Shown here: piece after piece, positions 16,972 to 26,566 of the stretch
How the letters are laid out: every line of letters starts with the position of its first letter
Position numbering within the stretch: the stretch's first letter is position 1
Program-made: the position numbers and the translations under genes
Notes under the pieces: model-generated
The model's database searches: none
What the model saw: only the letters and a program-made list of their open reading frames with translations
What the model was told of the DNA's origin: nothing
IMG/VR virus record: IMGVR_UViG_3300048856_000105
Coordinates: 1-41,310 of that record
DNA length: 41,310 nt
Source: a virus
Taxonomy: Duplodnaviria; Caudoviricetes
Strand: one strand, 5' to 3'

Positions 16972-19830
16972 TTAGTCCCAGATCTCAATCGTGCCGTTGG
17001 CCACGTTGATGGTCATTTTTCCGTTCGGGTTCTGCAGGATGCCGGCGTTGATCGTGCCGATGTTCGCCACGTTCATGCGCACGGCAGTGCCGTCCACCAC
17101 GAAGGGATTGCGCAGGTTCCCGCCCGCCACGACGATGAACTGATCCGCTTCGAACACTGCCCGCGACTGACCTCCCGAGAGAGCGTCGAGATAGAAGGCT
17201 GCCGAAGACGTGGCGCCAGACGAAGATGCAGCAACCGCGATGCCGACCCTGGCCTGCGCCCCGGACGGTGTCGCCATGACTGTCGTGCGGAACCGGCCGG
17301 AGGCACTGACATTTCCGACCGTAACTTCCAGATCGTCCAGCGCTTCCGCATAAGCCTCGATGTCGCCTTCAGCATTGGTGACACGAGTGCGCAGCGAAGA
17401 CACCGCACTGGCGACTGATGGCAAGCCGGTTGCGGGATCGAAGACTTCAGCCTCAAGCTGCGTGACGGACAGCGCCAGCGCCTCGTCCTCATCGGCCAAT
17501 GCAGACAGGCGCTGCGCAGTGGTCGCCTGAAAACTGCCGAACGAGGTCTGGAGCGTAGTGAGGCTTTGCGCGAAAGCCGCATCGGCCGATGCGAGAGCCG
17601 TCAGCTCGTTCGACACCATGGCAGCATTTGTGCCGTAGGTGGTGGTCAGCGATTCAATTCGCGTTGCAAGCGCTGCGTCTGCCGAGATGAGGACGTTGAT
17701 TTCCCGCGTGTAGTCCGCGGTGATGCCCTTCCTCGTCGCGGTGATCTGCTCGCGGATCTGCTGACGCTCCAGCGCGTTGCCGAACTCCTGCGCAGCCACC
17801 AGCAGGTCAAGCTCTTCAAGTTTCTCCAGAAGCTCACGTCGACCACTGCCGAGCCAGTCCTGATACTCCTTCAGGTCGTCGTCGAGCTGATCCAACCCGA
17901 TGACGCCAGAGTACGGGTCGAAGTCCAAGCCGGGGACGAGCTTCACCTCGTCTGTCGTGACGTCGATCCAGCTCGACCATTCCGTCTCGCGATCAGAGAT
18001 CGGCACGAACTTGCCGCGCACCTGATAGGTGGTCTTCGGCAGGAAGACGCCATTCAGAACCCAGCTGTAGGGCTCGGCATACTTGGTGCCGTCGCTGTCG
18101 AATACGCGGACCTGCGAGGCCTTCAGCCGAACCTGAACCCAGACGTTGCGTACGTCGTCCTGATCCGGATCGCACGATACGCGGATGGAGGGACGACGGG
18201 CGATGCCGTTCTCGTCGTAGATGACATCGGGGAAGGCCTGCCAGCCATACATCGGCTGCGCTGCAGGCCAGCCCGGAGACAGGGAGCCGCGCACCGGCGT
18301 GCGGTAATCGGTGTTCTGGTCCCAGTCGTAGTCGGTCGGATCCACTTCCGTGATGTCGAGCACCACGTCGAGGTTCGGATTGTCGATCACGCCGTCCACA
18401 CGGAAGCGCTTGGCGATGTAGCCGTTGCGTTCGCTCGTCCAGGACACGACATCGCCGGGCTCCAGAGGCCAGAACTTCGGCGGCATGACGATGGTATGTC
18501 GGCGAGCGCGGCGCGCCTCAGCCAGCGCCGACTTCATCAGGCGCTGCACCTGGCCTTCATAGGGCACGAAGTCGAGGTCGACGTCAGCCAGCAGCCGGCG
18601 GTCACCGTCCTGCGCCTCATAGCCTGGGTTCAGTAGCGGCGGCGCCTCTGCCGGGTTCCAGCCATCCTCTGCCGACGGATAGGTGGCCGTGATGCCGTTG
18701 ATCGTGTTGGCCAGCCCGAAGAAGGGCGTGAAGGTCTGCGGCTCCGTCGATAGGATGTCGTCATCGGTGAAGCTCATCACCGGCGCATCAGGTTCGCCAA
18801 CATAGGGCTTGTAGATGCCACCGATCTCGGCGAGACGTCCCTGTCCAGCCGTCAGGATGCCTTCAAGCGCATCGCGGATGGGGGCGCCCACCTGGATCTC
18901 AGCGCCGGAGCGATAGGTTGCTTCCTGTCCGTTCAGACCCGCCACGAGCTTGCGGCACTTGGCGATCTGCGCGATGGCATGGGCGGCCGGGATGCGCCGC
19001 GTGCTCGTCGACTGAAGGCCATAGAGCCACTGACCGCTCCAGCGGACGCCGCGAAGGAGGTTGTAGGCCTGAACGACCGGCAGATGGTCGCCGTCGCCGC
19101 CCCAGGTCGCGGGATCGGCCCAGCGCTGGGTGCCGGTACCGCCGACCGTGTCATCCTTCGATGGGTCATAGAACCTGGCGCCGTCGATCACGAACTTGAA
19201 CTGAGGAAAGCCGGTAAACAGCTCGTCGTTTACCCGCGACGTGCAGATGGCATAGGCAATGCCGCGGCCAACGCGCGTCGTCTCGTAGGGGCGATCGGAA
19301 GAAGACACCCGGTTGACGAGAAAGCTGTCGGCCGCTGTCTGCGTGCCGTCGTAGAACTTCACCCACAGGTGGTCTTTGCTGCCGCGCCGATATTCCAGCA
19401 CCGGCAAGCCATACTCTTCATGCGCTTCCGTGCCGAGCTCGCAGAAGATCCCGTTGACCAGGAGGCCGGTGATCGCCTTCACCGGATAATCGGCGAGAGC
19501 GATAACCTGGGTGGTGTAGGCGTTCGGCGTCTTGCTGGCGGTGCCCCAGCTATTGGCATAGACCAACGAGCCCGCGGTGGCGCTGCGTCCGACAATGATC
19601 GAGCGAGCAACCGTGCCGCCGGACTGCAGCTTGCCTTGAACAGAGAAACCCTGTTCCTGAGACTTCGGCTTGCCAGCAATGGCCTTGGCGAGGAGGTTCA
19701 GGCCGACGCCTGCGGCTGTCCGAATGAGGAAGGAACCGACACCGCCGAGTGCGGCGATGCCGCCAACAAACGACGATACGGCGCCCGCCACCGCCGAGAC
19801 GGCGGCAACGATGCCTGAAAAGATAGCCAT
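16972..19830 (-). CDS. tail tip / host-specificity J-like protein
   Basis: 952 aa, LEPGDVV hub motif, Fn3-like region, coiled coil, C-term FEADQF..PFVVDG. Confidence 0.88.
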   Translation of the reverse strand: MAIFSGIVAAVSAVAGAVSSFVGGIAALGGVGSFLIRTAAGVGLNLLAKAIAGKPKSQEQGFSVQGKLQSGGTVARSIIVGRSATAGSLVYANSWGTASKTPNAYTTQVIALADYPVKAITGLLVNGIFCELGTEAHEEYGLPVLEYRRGSKDHLWVKFYDGTQTAADSFLVNRVSSSDRPYETTRVGRGIAYAICTSRVNDELFTGFPQFKFVIDGARFYDPSKDDTVGGTGTQRWADPATWGGDGDHLPVVQAYNLLRGVRWSGQWLYGLQSTSTRRIPAAHAIAQIAKCRKLVAGLNGQEATYRSGAEIQVGAPIRDALEGILTAGQGRLAEIGGIYKPYVGEPDAPVMSFTDDDILSTEPQTFTPFFGLANTINGITATYPSAEDGWNPAEAPPLLNPGYEAQDGDRRLLADVDLDFVPYEGQVQRLMKSALAEARRARRHTIVMPPKFWPLEPGDVVSWTSERNGYIAKRFRVDGVIDNPNLDVVLDITEVDPTDYDWDQNTDYRTPVRGSLSPGWPAAQPMYGWQAFPDVIYDENGIARRPSIRVSCDPDQDDVRNVWVQVRLKASQVRVFDSDGTKYAEPYSWVLNGVFLPKTTYQVRGKFVPISDRETEWSSWIDVTTDEVKLVPGLDFDPYSGVIGLDQLDDDLKEYQDWLGSGRRELLEKLEELDLLVAAQEFGNALERQQIREQITATRKGITADYTREINVLISADAALATRIESLTTTYGTNAAMVSNELTALASADAAFAQSLTTLQTSFGSFQATTAQRLSALADEDEALALSVTQLEAEVFDPATGLPSVASAVSSLRTRVTNAEGDIEAYAEALDDLEVTVGNVSASGRFRTTVMATPSGAQARVGIAVAASSSGATSSAAFYLDALSGGQSRAVFEADQFIVVAGGNLRNPFVVDGTAVRMNVANIGTINAGILQNPNGKMTINVANGTIEIWD

Positions 19831-19845
19831 GGATGTTCCTGAGTG

Positions 19846-20289
19846 TTAGCCGAGAGGCTTCACGAAGTGCGTCTCTGCGGCGCTGTAGCCGCGGCGCTCA
19901 TAGATGCGGGACACGTCGTTGGTGACGAGCGCGGCCATGCCAACTGCCCCGCACCCCTGCCCTCTTGCCCACGCCTCGTAGGCGTCGAGCATTTGGAGGC
20001 CGCCGCGGCCGCGATGCGCCGGCGTGATGTACCAGACCGTCTCCTTTGCCCACTTGCCGGCACCGAACGGGTGGTCGTAGGCGCCGGCCAGAAGCACGCC
20101 CTGCGCTGCGCCTTCAACGTCGAGGACGAGGGCGCAGGCGTGGGGCTGGTCTAGGTGCAGCCGCAGCACATGGTCCGCGCGGGCGGCTTCAAACGCGAAG
20201 GTATAGCCGGCCGCCTGGTGGCTTTCCTCCAGCAGCCGGATGATGCGCCAGCGGTCCGCTGCTGTGGCGGTGCGTATGACTGCCATCAC
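19846..20289 (-). CDS. GNAT acetyltransferase
   Basis: IRTATAAD; WYITPAHRGRG acetyl-CoA motif; IYERRGY. Confidence 0.85.
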   Translation of the reverse strand: MMAVIRTATAADRWRIIRLLEESHQAAGYTFAFEAARADHVLRLHLDQPHACALVLDVEGAAQGVLLAGAYDHPFGAGKWAKETVWYITPAHRGRGGLQMLDAYEAWARGQGCGAVGMAALVTNDVSRIYERRGYSAAETHFVKPLG

Positions 20290-20963
20290 TTCACTCCGAG
20301 GCTGGCCTTCACAAGCCGCTCGCTCACCTTTTGGGTCTCGATCTTGCCTTGCTTGCGGCCCCAGAACAGCTCCCAGTCGCCGACGGTCGCGGTGTCCTTG
20401 TAAAAGGCATCATCGGAATGTCGCAGGCGCTGGCTTGCATCGGAGCGAGTGTCAGGGTTCGAGCGCAGGATCTCTTGCGTGTGCGAGGCACATGTGAGCG
20501 TGACGCCGCCGTCCTCGTTCTCTGAGGGCGTGGTGATGTCGATCTCATCGACGAAGCCGACGAAGCGGGGCTCGGCCGGCGACACCAGTTGGCGCGTGTC
20601 AGGCGAAAACAGGCCTCGGAAGATCTCGACCTTCGCCTGCTTGCAGTCATAATCTCGAACCGCCTGCTGGACCACGCTATCGATCTGCGACATGCGGACA
20701 CGGATGTTTTGCACTTCGAGCGTGGAAACGAGCGGGATCGGGTCGATGTCGATCAGCGTGCCGGAGCCGTAGAAGTTGCGCGTGACGCTGAGGCCGGTGT
20801 TCGGATTGATGACGGCGGCCGACACCGCGCCAACGTCTGACCAGAAGCCTACAGCTTCCGGCGCGCCTGTCTCCCGGTTGCGAGCGATGATCCAGAGGAA
20901 ATCGCGAGCGACCAGGCGCCGATCGGCAAGTGCCGTGAGGATGGCTGCAGGAAGTGTCCGCAT
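20286..20963 (-). CDS. minor tail (L-like/hub) protein
   Basis: start MRTLP; FVGFVDEI, SDASQRLR..D..Y; position between Dit and J. Confidence 0.75.
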   Translation of the reverse strand: MRTLPAAILTALADRRLVARDFLWIIARNRETGAPEAVGFWSDVGAVSAAVINPNTGLSVTRNFYGSGTLIDIDPIPLVSTLEVQNIRVRMSQIDSVVQQAVRDYDCKQAKVEIFRGLFSPDTRQLVSPAEPRFVGFVDEIDITTPSENEDGGVTLTCASHTQEILRSNPDTRSDASQRLRHSDDAFYKDTATVGDWELFWGRKQGKIETQKVSERLVKASLGVK

Positions 20964-21046
20964 GAAAAACCTGTTTACGAGTAAGGAGGTACCTCGACTT
21001 CCATCGACCGGCCTGCTTCTTTCTCGATACAATTTGGAGGAAGCGC

Positions 21047-21334
21047 ATGCCTATCGATGACGACCGCATTGCAGCAGTAGCCACTGACCTCGCCTTCATG
21101 GAGATGATAAGGCTCATCCTCGGCGAAGCCTTCTTCACGCCTGACCAGACGGAATTCAGAAGGCGCATGGAAGCGTTTGAGAATGCTGCGGTTTCTGCGC
21201 TATCTACCCGCAAACATTTTCCAGCCCTTGACGATGTGACCAACCAAAGAATTAGCGAGGAAGCTTCGGCGCTGGTCACCAAGATCATGACGTCGATCAA
21301 TCACCCTGGGGATCCCCGCCCTGTAGGAGCCTAA
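21047..21334 (+). CDS. opposite-strand moron, hypothetical
   Basis: 95 aa with GGAGG RBS inside tail operon. Confidence 0.7.
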   Translation: MPIDDDRIAAVATDLAFMEMIRLILGEAFFTPDQTEFRRRMEAFENAAVSALSTRKHFPALDDVTNQRISEEASALVTKIMTSINHPGDPRPVGA

Positions 21335-21429
21335 TGACGCGATTCCGAGGCTGAGCTTGTTGCTCGTGTCGCGGTCGATTTTCTTGTCCATGTGTGACTC
21401 CTTGGTGAGCGAGGCGTGTCGCCGTAGCA

Positions 21430-22062
21430 TCAACGAGCCTCGACTGCTTGAAACGAGATGCTGCCGCTCCCGCTGGAAAATTCGGCGTCTGACGTGATTG
21501 ATCCAGGGACAACACGCATCGGGCATCCTGGCCGAACGAGCGCGGCGGCCGCTGGAGCAGAAGCACCAGGCCAGAAGTGCGGACGCACCTCGAACACCGG
21601 TGTGGCGCCGGAAGCATTGGCGGTCACCGCCTCCATGATGCGATGCAGTCCACTGTCGGCCACCTCGATCATGTCGCCGACGCTGAGCTTGTAGCCGGCT
21701 GGCAGCCCAGTCAGCGTGCCGCTTTTGCGGTTGGTACCGATAGAACCGAGACGCACCGAGCCGAAGGTGAGCTTGTCGTAGGCCGCCTTTGGGTATGCGA
21801 TGGGGTAGGTGCGCGCCAGGGAGTAGCCTTTGAACGTCTGAAGGCCGTTCTCCAGCGCGTCGAGGCGAGCACGCCACTCGTCGAGTTCGTTCGGCTTGAG
21901 GTTGCATGTGACCCAGGCGCCCATCCACAGCGGAGAGCCGAAGTCCTTCACATAGGTGATGCCGCTAGCGGTTCGCGACTGCTCCTGGCGATGCAGCAGC
22001 TCGAACTTCGTCGACCAGCCGGGAAAGCTCGCGAGGAGATCCAGAGGATATGAGATTGCCAC
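21430..22062 (-). CDS. distal tail (Dit-like) protein
   Basis: follows TMP; QSRTASG..DFGSPLW. Confidence 0.78.
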   Translation of the reverse strand: MAISYPLDLLASFPGWSTKFELLHRQEQSRTASGITYVKDFGSPLWMGAWVTCNLKPNELDEWRARLDALENGLQTFKGYSLARTYPIAYPKAAYDKLTFGSVRLGSIGTNRKSGTLTGLPAGYKLSVGDMIEVADSGLHRIMEAVTANASGATPVFEVRPHFWPGASAPAAAALVRPGCPMRVVPGSITSDAEFSSGSGSISFQAVEAR

Positions 22063-24555
22063 TTAACGGCTCCCGTTCATTCTGACGCCGCGACTGTTGG
22101 CGTCGCTGACCGTTTTGATGACGCGCGCCTCAAAGGTCGCCTTGTCTTTCGCGAGCGTTCGCTCCAGCCGCTCCACCGCAGCCACATCAGCGCCGCGTGC
22201 GTCGATCTGAGGTGCGTAGGTGAAGGTGCTGTTGCTGCTATTCGACTGCCGCGACAGCGAGGGAGCTCGAGGAGCTTTTATGGCTGGGGTGGCTATTAAG
22301 GGTGCGATGCGTCCTTGGCGAATTGCTTCTACCGATGCGACGCCGCCATTACGGGCTACGTCATCCTGAGAGAAGACGACCTCTCCCCTATGAACGACAC
22401 CGGCTGGCTCCCACTTGCCGCCAGGGCCGGTGTAGCCGCCCGAAGCGAATGGCCTTGCCGCAGGAATCGGACCGGACATCGGCAAGGCCGCGAAGCCGCC
22501 ATTGCCACTCCCACCAAATATGCTTCCGAAGAGCTGCCCCAACAGCCCTCCTGATTCACCGGCCGCTCCGTTGATCTTAAAAACGCTATCAAGCACATCG
22601 TCTAAGAGAGCGTCGCCGATGCGGCTGAGGGCGGCAGCGAATGACTTTGCCGCTCCTTCACCATTCATCAGGTCGCCTATGAGGCCACGTGTCACATCTC
22701 GCGCAAAACCATTCAACTCGACAAGTCGCTGCTGCTGCTCCTGGGCAGCCCTTAGCGTCTCGGCCTGCTTGGCGTAAGCGCTCGCCTCAGCCTGTATCGT
22801 GGCAATCTTGTCAGGAGACAGCTGAATGCCTTCCAGATCAGTCTGCCCTTTGCGGCGGGCCTCTTCGCGAAGATCGCGGAGAGCGCTTTGCTCTAGGTCT
22901 AGGGCAGTCCTCCGTTGAACCTGCTGCTCATTTGAAAGCCCTATGAGCTGCATTTCCTGCTGTAGAGCTGAAGTACGGTCACGAAGAGCCTGAATGTCCG
23001 AAGTAAACCTATCAGACGCTGTTGCCCGGGCTCCGCCACCGCTTCTCTTAAGACGATCTGTTTTGTCGCCGAGCGTGACGGGCTTCTGCCCTGGCAGCGG
23101 TACGTTCGTCGTGTTGCCATCGGAGTTGATGACGGTCGGGTTTTGGTCGGACAGGCGACGTAGCGCATCTTGTCGAGCAAGATCCGCCTCTTCTCTGCCG
23201 ACCTTGTCCGTAGCGTTGCGACGAGCGTTCCGGTAAGCCTCCTCGACCTTCTCGATATCGGTTAGCGCCGGCACGCCGATCTTGCTCAGCTCCACCAGCG
23301 CTTTCGACAGGCGACCGATGGCCGCTGCCTGGCGATCAGCAGTGCCTTCGATGAGGCCGAGCTGCTCAACCATGCCGGGGATTGATCTTGCGACCTTGAC
23401 CACTTCCGGGTCAAACTCGCGCATCTCTTCCGCAAGCTCGCGGACCTTCTTCGGCGCGTCCGGATTATCGGCGATGCGAGCCATCTGCTCGCGGAACCGC
23501 AGCAGGTCGGGCTCACCGTCCCGGATAGACGCTCGGAGTTCGATGAAGGCGTTACGGTAATCGCGGACGATCTGCGGATCGGTGCCCCGCGCCAGAGGAT
23601 CGATGAAGGTGGAGTAGGTGCTCCGGTCGCTGGCTGCCTCTTTGATGGCGTCGCGCGCATCCTTCAGCCGATCGCGGATGTCGACGGCCGTGCCGCTGAT
23701 ACCCTCGTTGACGTACTCGCGCAGACCATCAGCCGCGTCACCGTAGCGATCCTTCAGCAGCGCGATTGTCTCGGCGTGGCCGCGCAGGATCTCGTCCGCC
23801 GACTTGATGTCGCTCGCGCTGGATATGTACTGGATGAGCGCGGCACCACCAGCCACGAGTCCGATGGTAACGAGCGAGATGGGGCTCAGGATCGAAGAGA
23901 AAGCACCGACCAATGCGGCGCCAAGTCCCTGCCCGGTGCTCCGGATGTCGTTGAAGACGGCAGAAAGCTGCGTGCCCTGCTGCAGAGCGATAGTCATCGG
24001 CGACATCCCGCCGAATGCGGTGACGCCGATGTCCTGGAACTGCGCAGCGATGTTAGACGTATAGCCGGATGCACCGGCACCGCCTGCGGCGCGTGCCGCC
24101 GGTGTGTCGGCAAGTACTGCGTTGCGCCCCTTGATAGCGGCCGTTGCTGCTAGTGCAGCCTGGCGCTCCTTCGCAATGGCTGTGGCCATCTCGTTCGAGG
24201 AAATGGCGCCAAGAGCGTGCGCGCGGCGGATGTCGGCGACGGCCGACTTGTAATTGTTGATCGTGTTGAACAGGGGTGAGTAGCGAGCACGAAGGCGCTC
24301 AAGCTCTTTGCCCTGATCTGCGAGCGCGCCGGTCCACTCCTTGGCAGCGCCAGTGCCAATGCCCACCATGGCATTGATGCGGTTCTGCATGCTCGACGTG
24401 ATTGAGTTGTCGACCGCCCGGCCGACACCATCGAACTGCTTCTTGACCGTGCCGGCGAGTGTGCCGAGATCCTGCTCGATGCGCTTGATGCTACGGCGAA
24501 GCGTGGCCTGATCAGTCGAGATGGAAATGATCAGGTCATCGGTATTGTCAGCCAT
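22063..24555 (-). CDS. tail tape measure protein
   Basis: 830 aa helical; NIAAQFQDIGV..IALQQGTQL; FASGGYTGPGGKWEPAGVVHRGE. Confidence 0.93.
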   Translation of the reverse strand: MADNTDDLIISISTDQATLRRSIKRIEQDLGTLAGTVKKQFDGVGRAVDNSITSSMQNRINAMVGIGTGAAKEWTGALADQGKELERLRARYSPLFNTINNYKSAVADIRRAHALGAISSNEMATAIAKERQAALAATAAIKGRNAVLADTPAARAAGGAGASGYTSNIAAQFQDIGVTAFGGMSPMTIALQQGTQLSAVFNDIRSTGQGLGAALVGAFSSILSPISLVTIGLVAGGAALIQYISSASDIKSADEILRGHAETIALLKDRYGDAADGLREYVNEGISGTAVDIRDRLKDARDAIKEAASDRSTYSTFIDPLARGTDPQIVRDYRNAFIELRASIRDGEPDLLRFREQMARIADNPDAPKKVRELAEEMREFDPEVVKVARSIPGMVEQLGLIEGTADRQAAAIGRLSKALVELSKIGVPALTDIEKVEEAYRNARRNATDKVGREEADLARQDALRRLSDQNPTVINSDGNTTNVPLPGQKPVTLGDKTDRLKRSGGGARATASDRFTSDIQALRDRTSALQQEMQLIGLSNEQQVQRRTALDLEQSALRDLREEARRKGQTDLEGIQLSPDKIATIQAEASAYAKQAETLRAAQEQQQRLVELNGFARDVTRGLIGDLMNGEGAAKSFAAALSRIGDALLDDVLDSVFKINGAAGESGGLLGQLFGSIFGGSGNGGFAALPMSGPIPAARPFASGGYTGPGGKWEPAGVVHRGEVVFSQDDVARNGGVASVEAIRQGRIAPLIATPAIKAPRAPSLSRQSNSSNSTFTYAPQIDARGADVAAVERLERTLAKDKATFEARVIKTVSDANSRGVRMNGSR

Positions 24556-24579
24556 GTGCTGCGCATCCTAGAAAAGAGG

Positions 24580-24600
24580 AAGCCCGCGCGAGGCGGGCTT
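24580..24600. terminator. hairpin
   Basis: AAGCCCGC-GCGAG-GCGGGCTT between TMP start and moron. Confidence 0.5.
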
Positions 24601-24613
24601 GAGGGGGAGCGGA

Positions 24614-24904
24614 ATGCTGAAAGCGATCCTGCAGACGTGGCACGATGACGGCGTGATTATCTTCGGTGAGCGAGAGCTCCCGGTGACCTACGCGATCGAG
24701 GTCCGGGGCAACTCTAACGTGATCGAGGCCAAGGGCACGGTCACGGGTCTGACTCCCGGCGACAGCTACAGGCTCCTTACGGAGCAGAATGGTCTTCAGT
24801 TACGACTGGCGACTGGTCAGCAAGTCGACATCGCGTTCTTCGGCGGCCCCATTGGTGGACCACAGAAGATAATGGTCAACTCGCGGATGCCTGGGCTCGA
24901 TTGA
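24614..24904 (+). CDS. opposite-strand moron, hypothetical beta-rich protein
   Basis: 96 aa, GGGGGAG RBS. Confidence 0.65.
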   Translation: MLKAILQTWHDDGVIIFGERELPVTYAIEVRGNSNVIEAKGTVTGLTPGDSYRLLTEQNGLQLRLATGQQVDIAFFGGPIGGPQKIMVNSRMPGLD

Positions 24905-25100
24905 GAACAGCAGTAACGAAGCCATCCCCGTCTCTGATAAAGAGACGACCAAGGCGAGACCTCAAGAGCATTCTCCCGTTGCTCAACGGAAGTGGAACCA
25001 TCGGGATTGCCTCCGCTTCGGCATAGCTTTGCGCACTGGCGAGCCGCTTGAAGTCTTCTGCGCCGACCAGCGGCGCTCTATCTAGTTCATCCATCCTCAT
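24876..25100 (-). CDS. hypothetical protein
   Basis: TAATG coupling to upstream chaperone; overlaps moron 3' end. Confidence 0.45.
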   Translation of the reverse strand: MRMDELDRAPLVGAEDFKRLASAQSYAEAEAIPMVPLPLSNGRMLLRSRLGRLFIRDGDGFVTAVLNRAQASAS

Positions 25101-25273
25101 TACCCGAACTTCGCCAGCAACGCGGCCATCTCGTTAGCGTTGGGCGCTTCCGACTTCTTCTCTTCGCCACCTTGAGCGTCATTGTGGCCGTTGATGGCCT
25201 CGAAGAACTCGGTCATGGTCGCAGCCCAGAAGTCGGCGGGCCTCCACTTGAGGCCGCCGATTCCGATTCGCAT
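25100..25273 (-). CDS. tail assembly chaperone, T-part (probably expressed as frameshift fusion)
   Basis: PFPWRQWMRIGIGGLKWRPADFWAAT..LLAKFG in -1 frame of upstream gene. Confidence 0.8.
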   Translation of the reverse strand: MRIGIGGLKWRPADFWAATMTEFFEAINGHNDAQGGEEKKSEAPNANEMAALLAKFG

Positions 25274-25305
25274 CCATTGCCGCCAGGGGAACGGATCTTC
25301 CTTCG

Positions 25306-25683
25306 CTACGCCGCCTTGTCGGCGGCTTCCGAGTTTCCCTCGTCTTCTCCATCGAAATGATGGGCGAGGACGGCGAGGAAGGCGACGCGGCAGGCGCCGA
25401 AGTGCTTCAGCTTGATCTTCTGGATAGCTTCCAGCGGCTTGCCCCTGACCGTCAGCAACTCAATGCCGGCGATCGTGGCTGCGGCCTCAACGTCGGAAAG
25501 CCGCAGGAAGAGGTCGTTGAGCGACTTGCAGCCAAGGCGAGTTGAGACGGCCGAGAGGCGGCCCATCTCAGCGGCAAGCACGAGCGGCACGTCGCCGACC
25601 CACAGCGCAACTTCGCCGCGGGCCTCATTCACTTCGAGCGGGAAAGGCTTCACGTCAGCCACTTTGGTCTCCTCTACAGCCAT
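25306..25683 (-). CDS. tail assembly chaperone (G-like)
   Basis: NEARGEV N-term; between major tail and TMP. Confidence 0.8.
   Translation of the reverse strand: MAVEETKVADVKPFPLEVNEARGEVALWVGDVPLVLAAEMGRLSAVSTRLGCKSLNDLFLRLSDVEAAATIAGIELLTVRGKPLEAIQKIKLKHFGACRVAFLAVLAHHFDGEDEGNSEAADKAA
25333..25339 (-). other. -1 ribosomal frameshift slippery site G GGA AAC
   Basis: XXXYYYZ heptamer near end of G gene; -1 frame open to stop at 25100. Confidence 0.8.
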
Positions 25684-25686
25684 GGC

Positions 25687-26118
25687 TTAGACCTCCGCCT
25701 CGAACTGGAGCGGTGCAGCGGCTTCGAATGTCGCGCTGAACTGCATGTCGTTCTCCATATCGCCAGACGCTTGGAAGTTCGTCACGAAGAACGAACCTTC
25801 GAATGTGCCGAGGCCGGGGACGATCACCTGGGCGTTAAAAACGGTGGCCTCGATAACGTGGACCATGAACGCCTTCATGACGGTGCTGGACACGAACGTG
25901 CCGCTGCCCTGGAATGTGCGGCTGACGATGCCCGGGCGTCCCGTCTTCTGAACCGCTTCGCCGGGATTGGTGCAGCTCGGCTTGGTCGTGTCGACCGAGT
26001 TGGCCGACAGGTCGAAGCTGCGATCCTTGAGGCCGCAGAGATTGGTGAAGGTCTCGGGATCGAGACCGGAGCCGAGCTTGATGAGCAGCAGTCGGCCGAG
26101 ATTTTCGCCTAGAGCCAT
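25687..26118 (-). CDS. major tail (tube) protein
   Basis: GRLLLIK..CGL..ANSVDTT..GSG.F..PGLGTFEGSF. Confidence 0.88.
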   Translation of the reverse strand: MALGENLGRLLLIKLGSGLDPETFTNLCGLKDRSFDLSANSVDTTKPSCTNPGEAVQKTGRPGIVSRTFQGSGTFVSSTVMKAFMVHVIEATVFNAQVIVPGLGTFEGSFFVTNFQASGDMENDMQFSATFEAAAPLQFEAEV

Positions 26119-26152
26119 ATGGCCTCCTTCGCCGGCGGTCCCGGCGGTGATG

Positions 26153-26563
26153 TCAGTGAAAAAGGGGTTTGTGAACCGAGGCCAGCAGCTCGATGACTGC
26201 ATGGCTGGTGGCGCCATCGGCGTCACGGAAGGTGCGCGTCTGGCGATGCATGATGGAGACGAGCCGGTAGGACGGAAGGTCTAGGGGCGCCATGTGGAGG
26301 CTGTCCTTCACCGCCGCGGCTACGCGTTTGACTTCAGGGAAGCCGACGGCCTGCGACCAAGCGTGAAGAGTCAGATAGATCTTCTCTCCGGTGATGCATT
26401 CGGCATCGTCCTGGATGCTCTGCGCCTCGCCTAGCGTGACGTAGGGGTAGACGGCGGCCGACGGCGGCTGGTCGTAGATGCGCTTGTTGACGAGCGCGGT
26501 CAGCGGCACGTCAGCGCGAAGGCGCGTGTTGATCGCGCCTTGCAGTTCAAGTTCTGCGGACAT
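26153..26563 (-). CDS. tail terminator (DUF3168-like)
   Basis: LQGAI..RIYDQPP..YPYVTLG..RDADGATSHAV. Confidence 0.88.
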   Translation of the reverse strand: MSAELELQGAINTRLRADVPLTALVNKRIYDQPPSAAVYPYVTLGEAQSIQDDAECITGEKIYLTLHAWSQAVGFPEVKRVAAAVKDSLHMAPLDLPSYRLVSIMHRQTRTFRDADGATSHAVIELLASVHKPLFH

Positions 26564-26566
26564 GCG

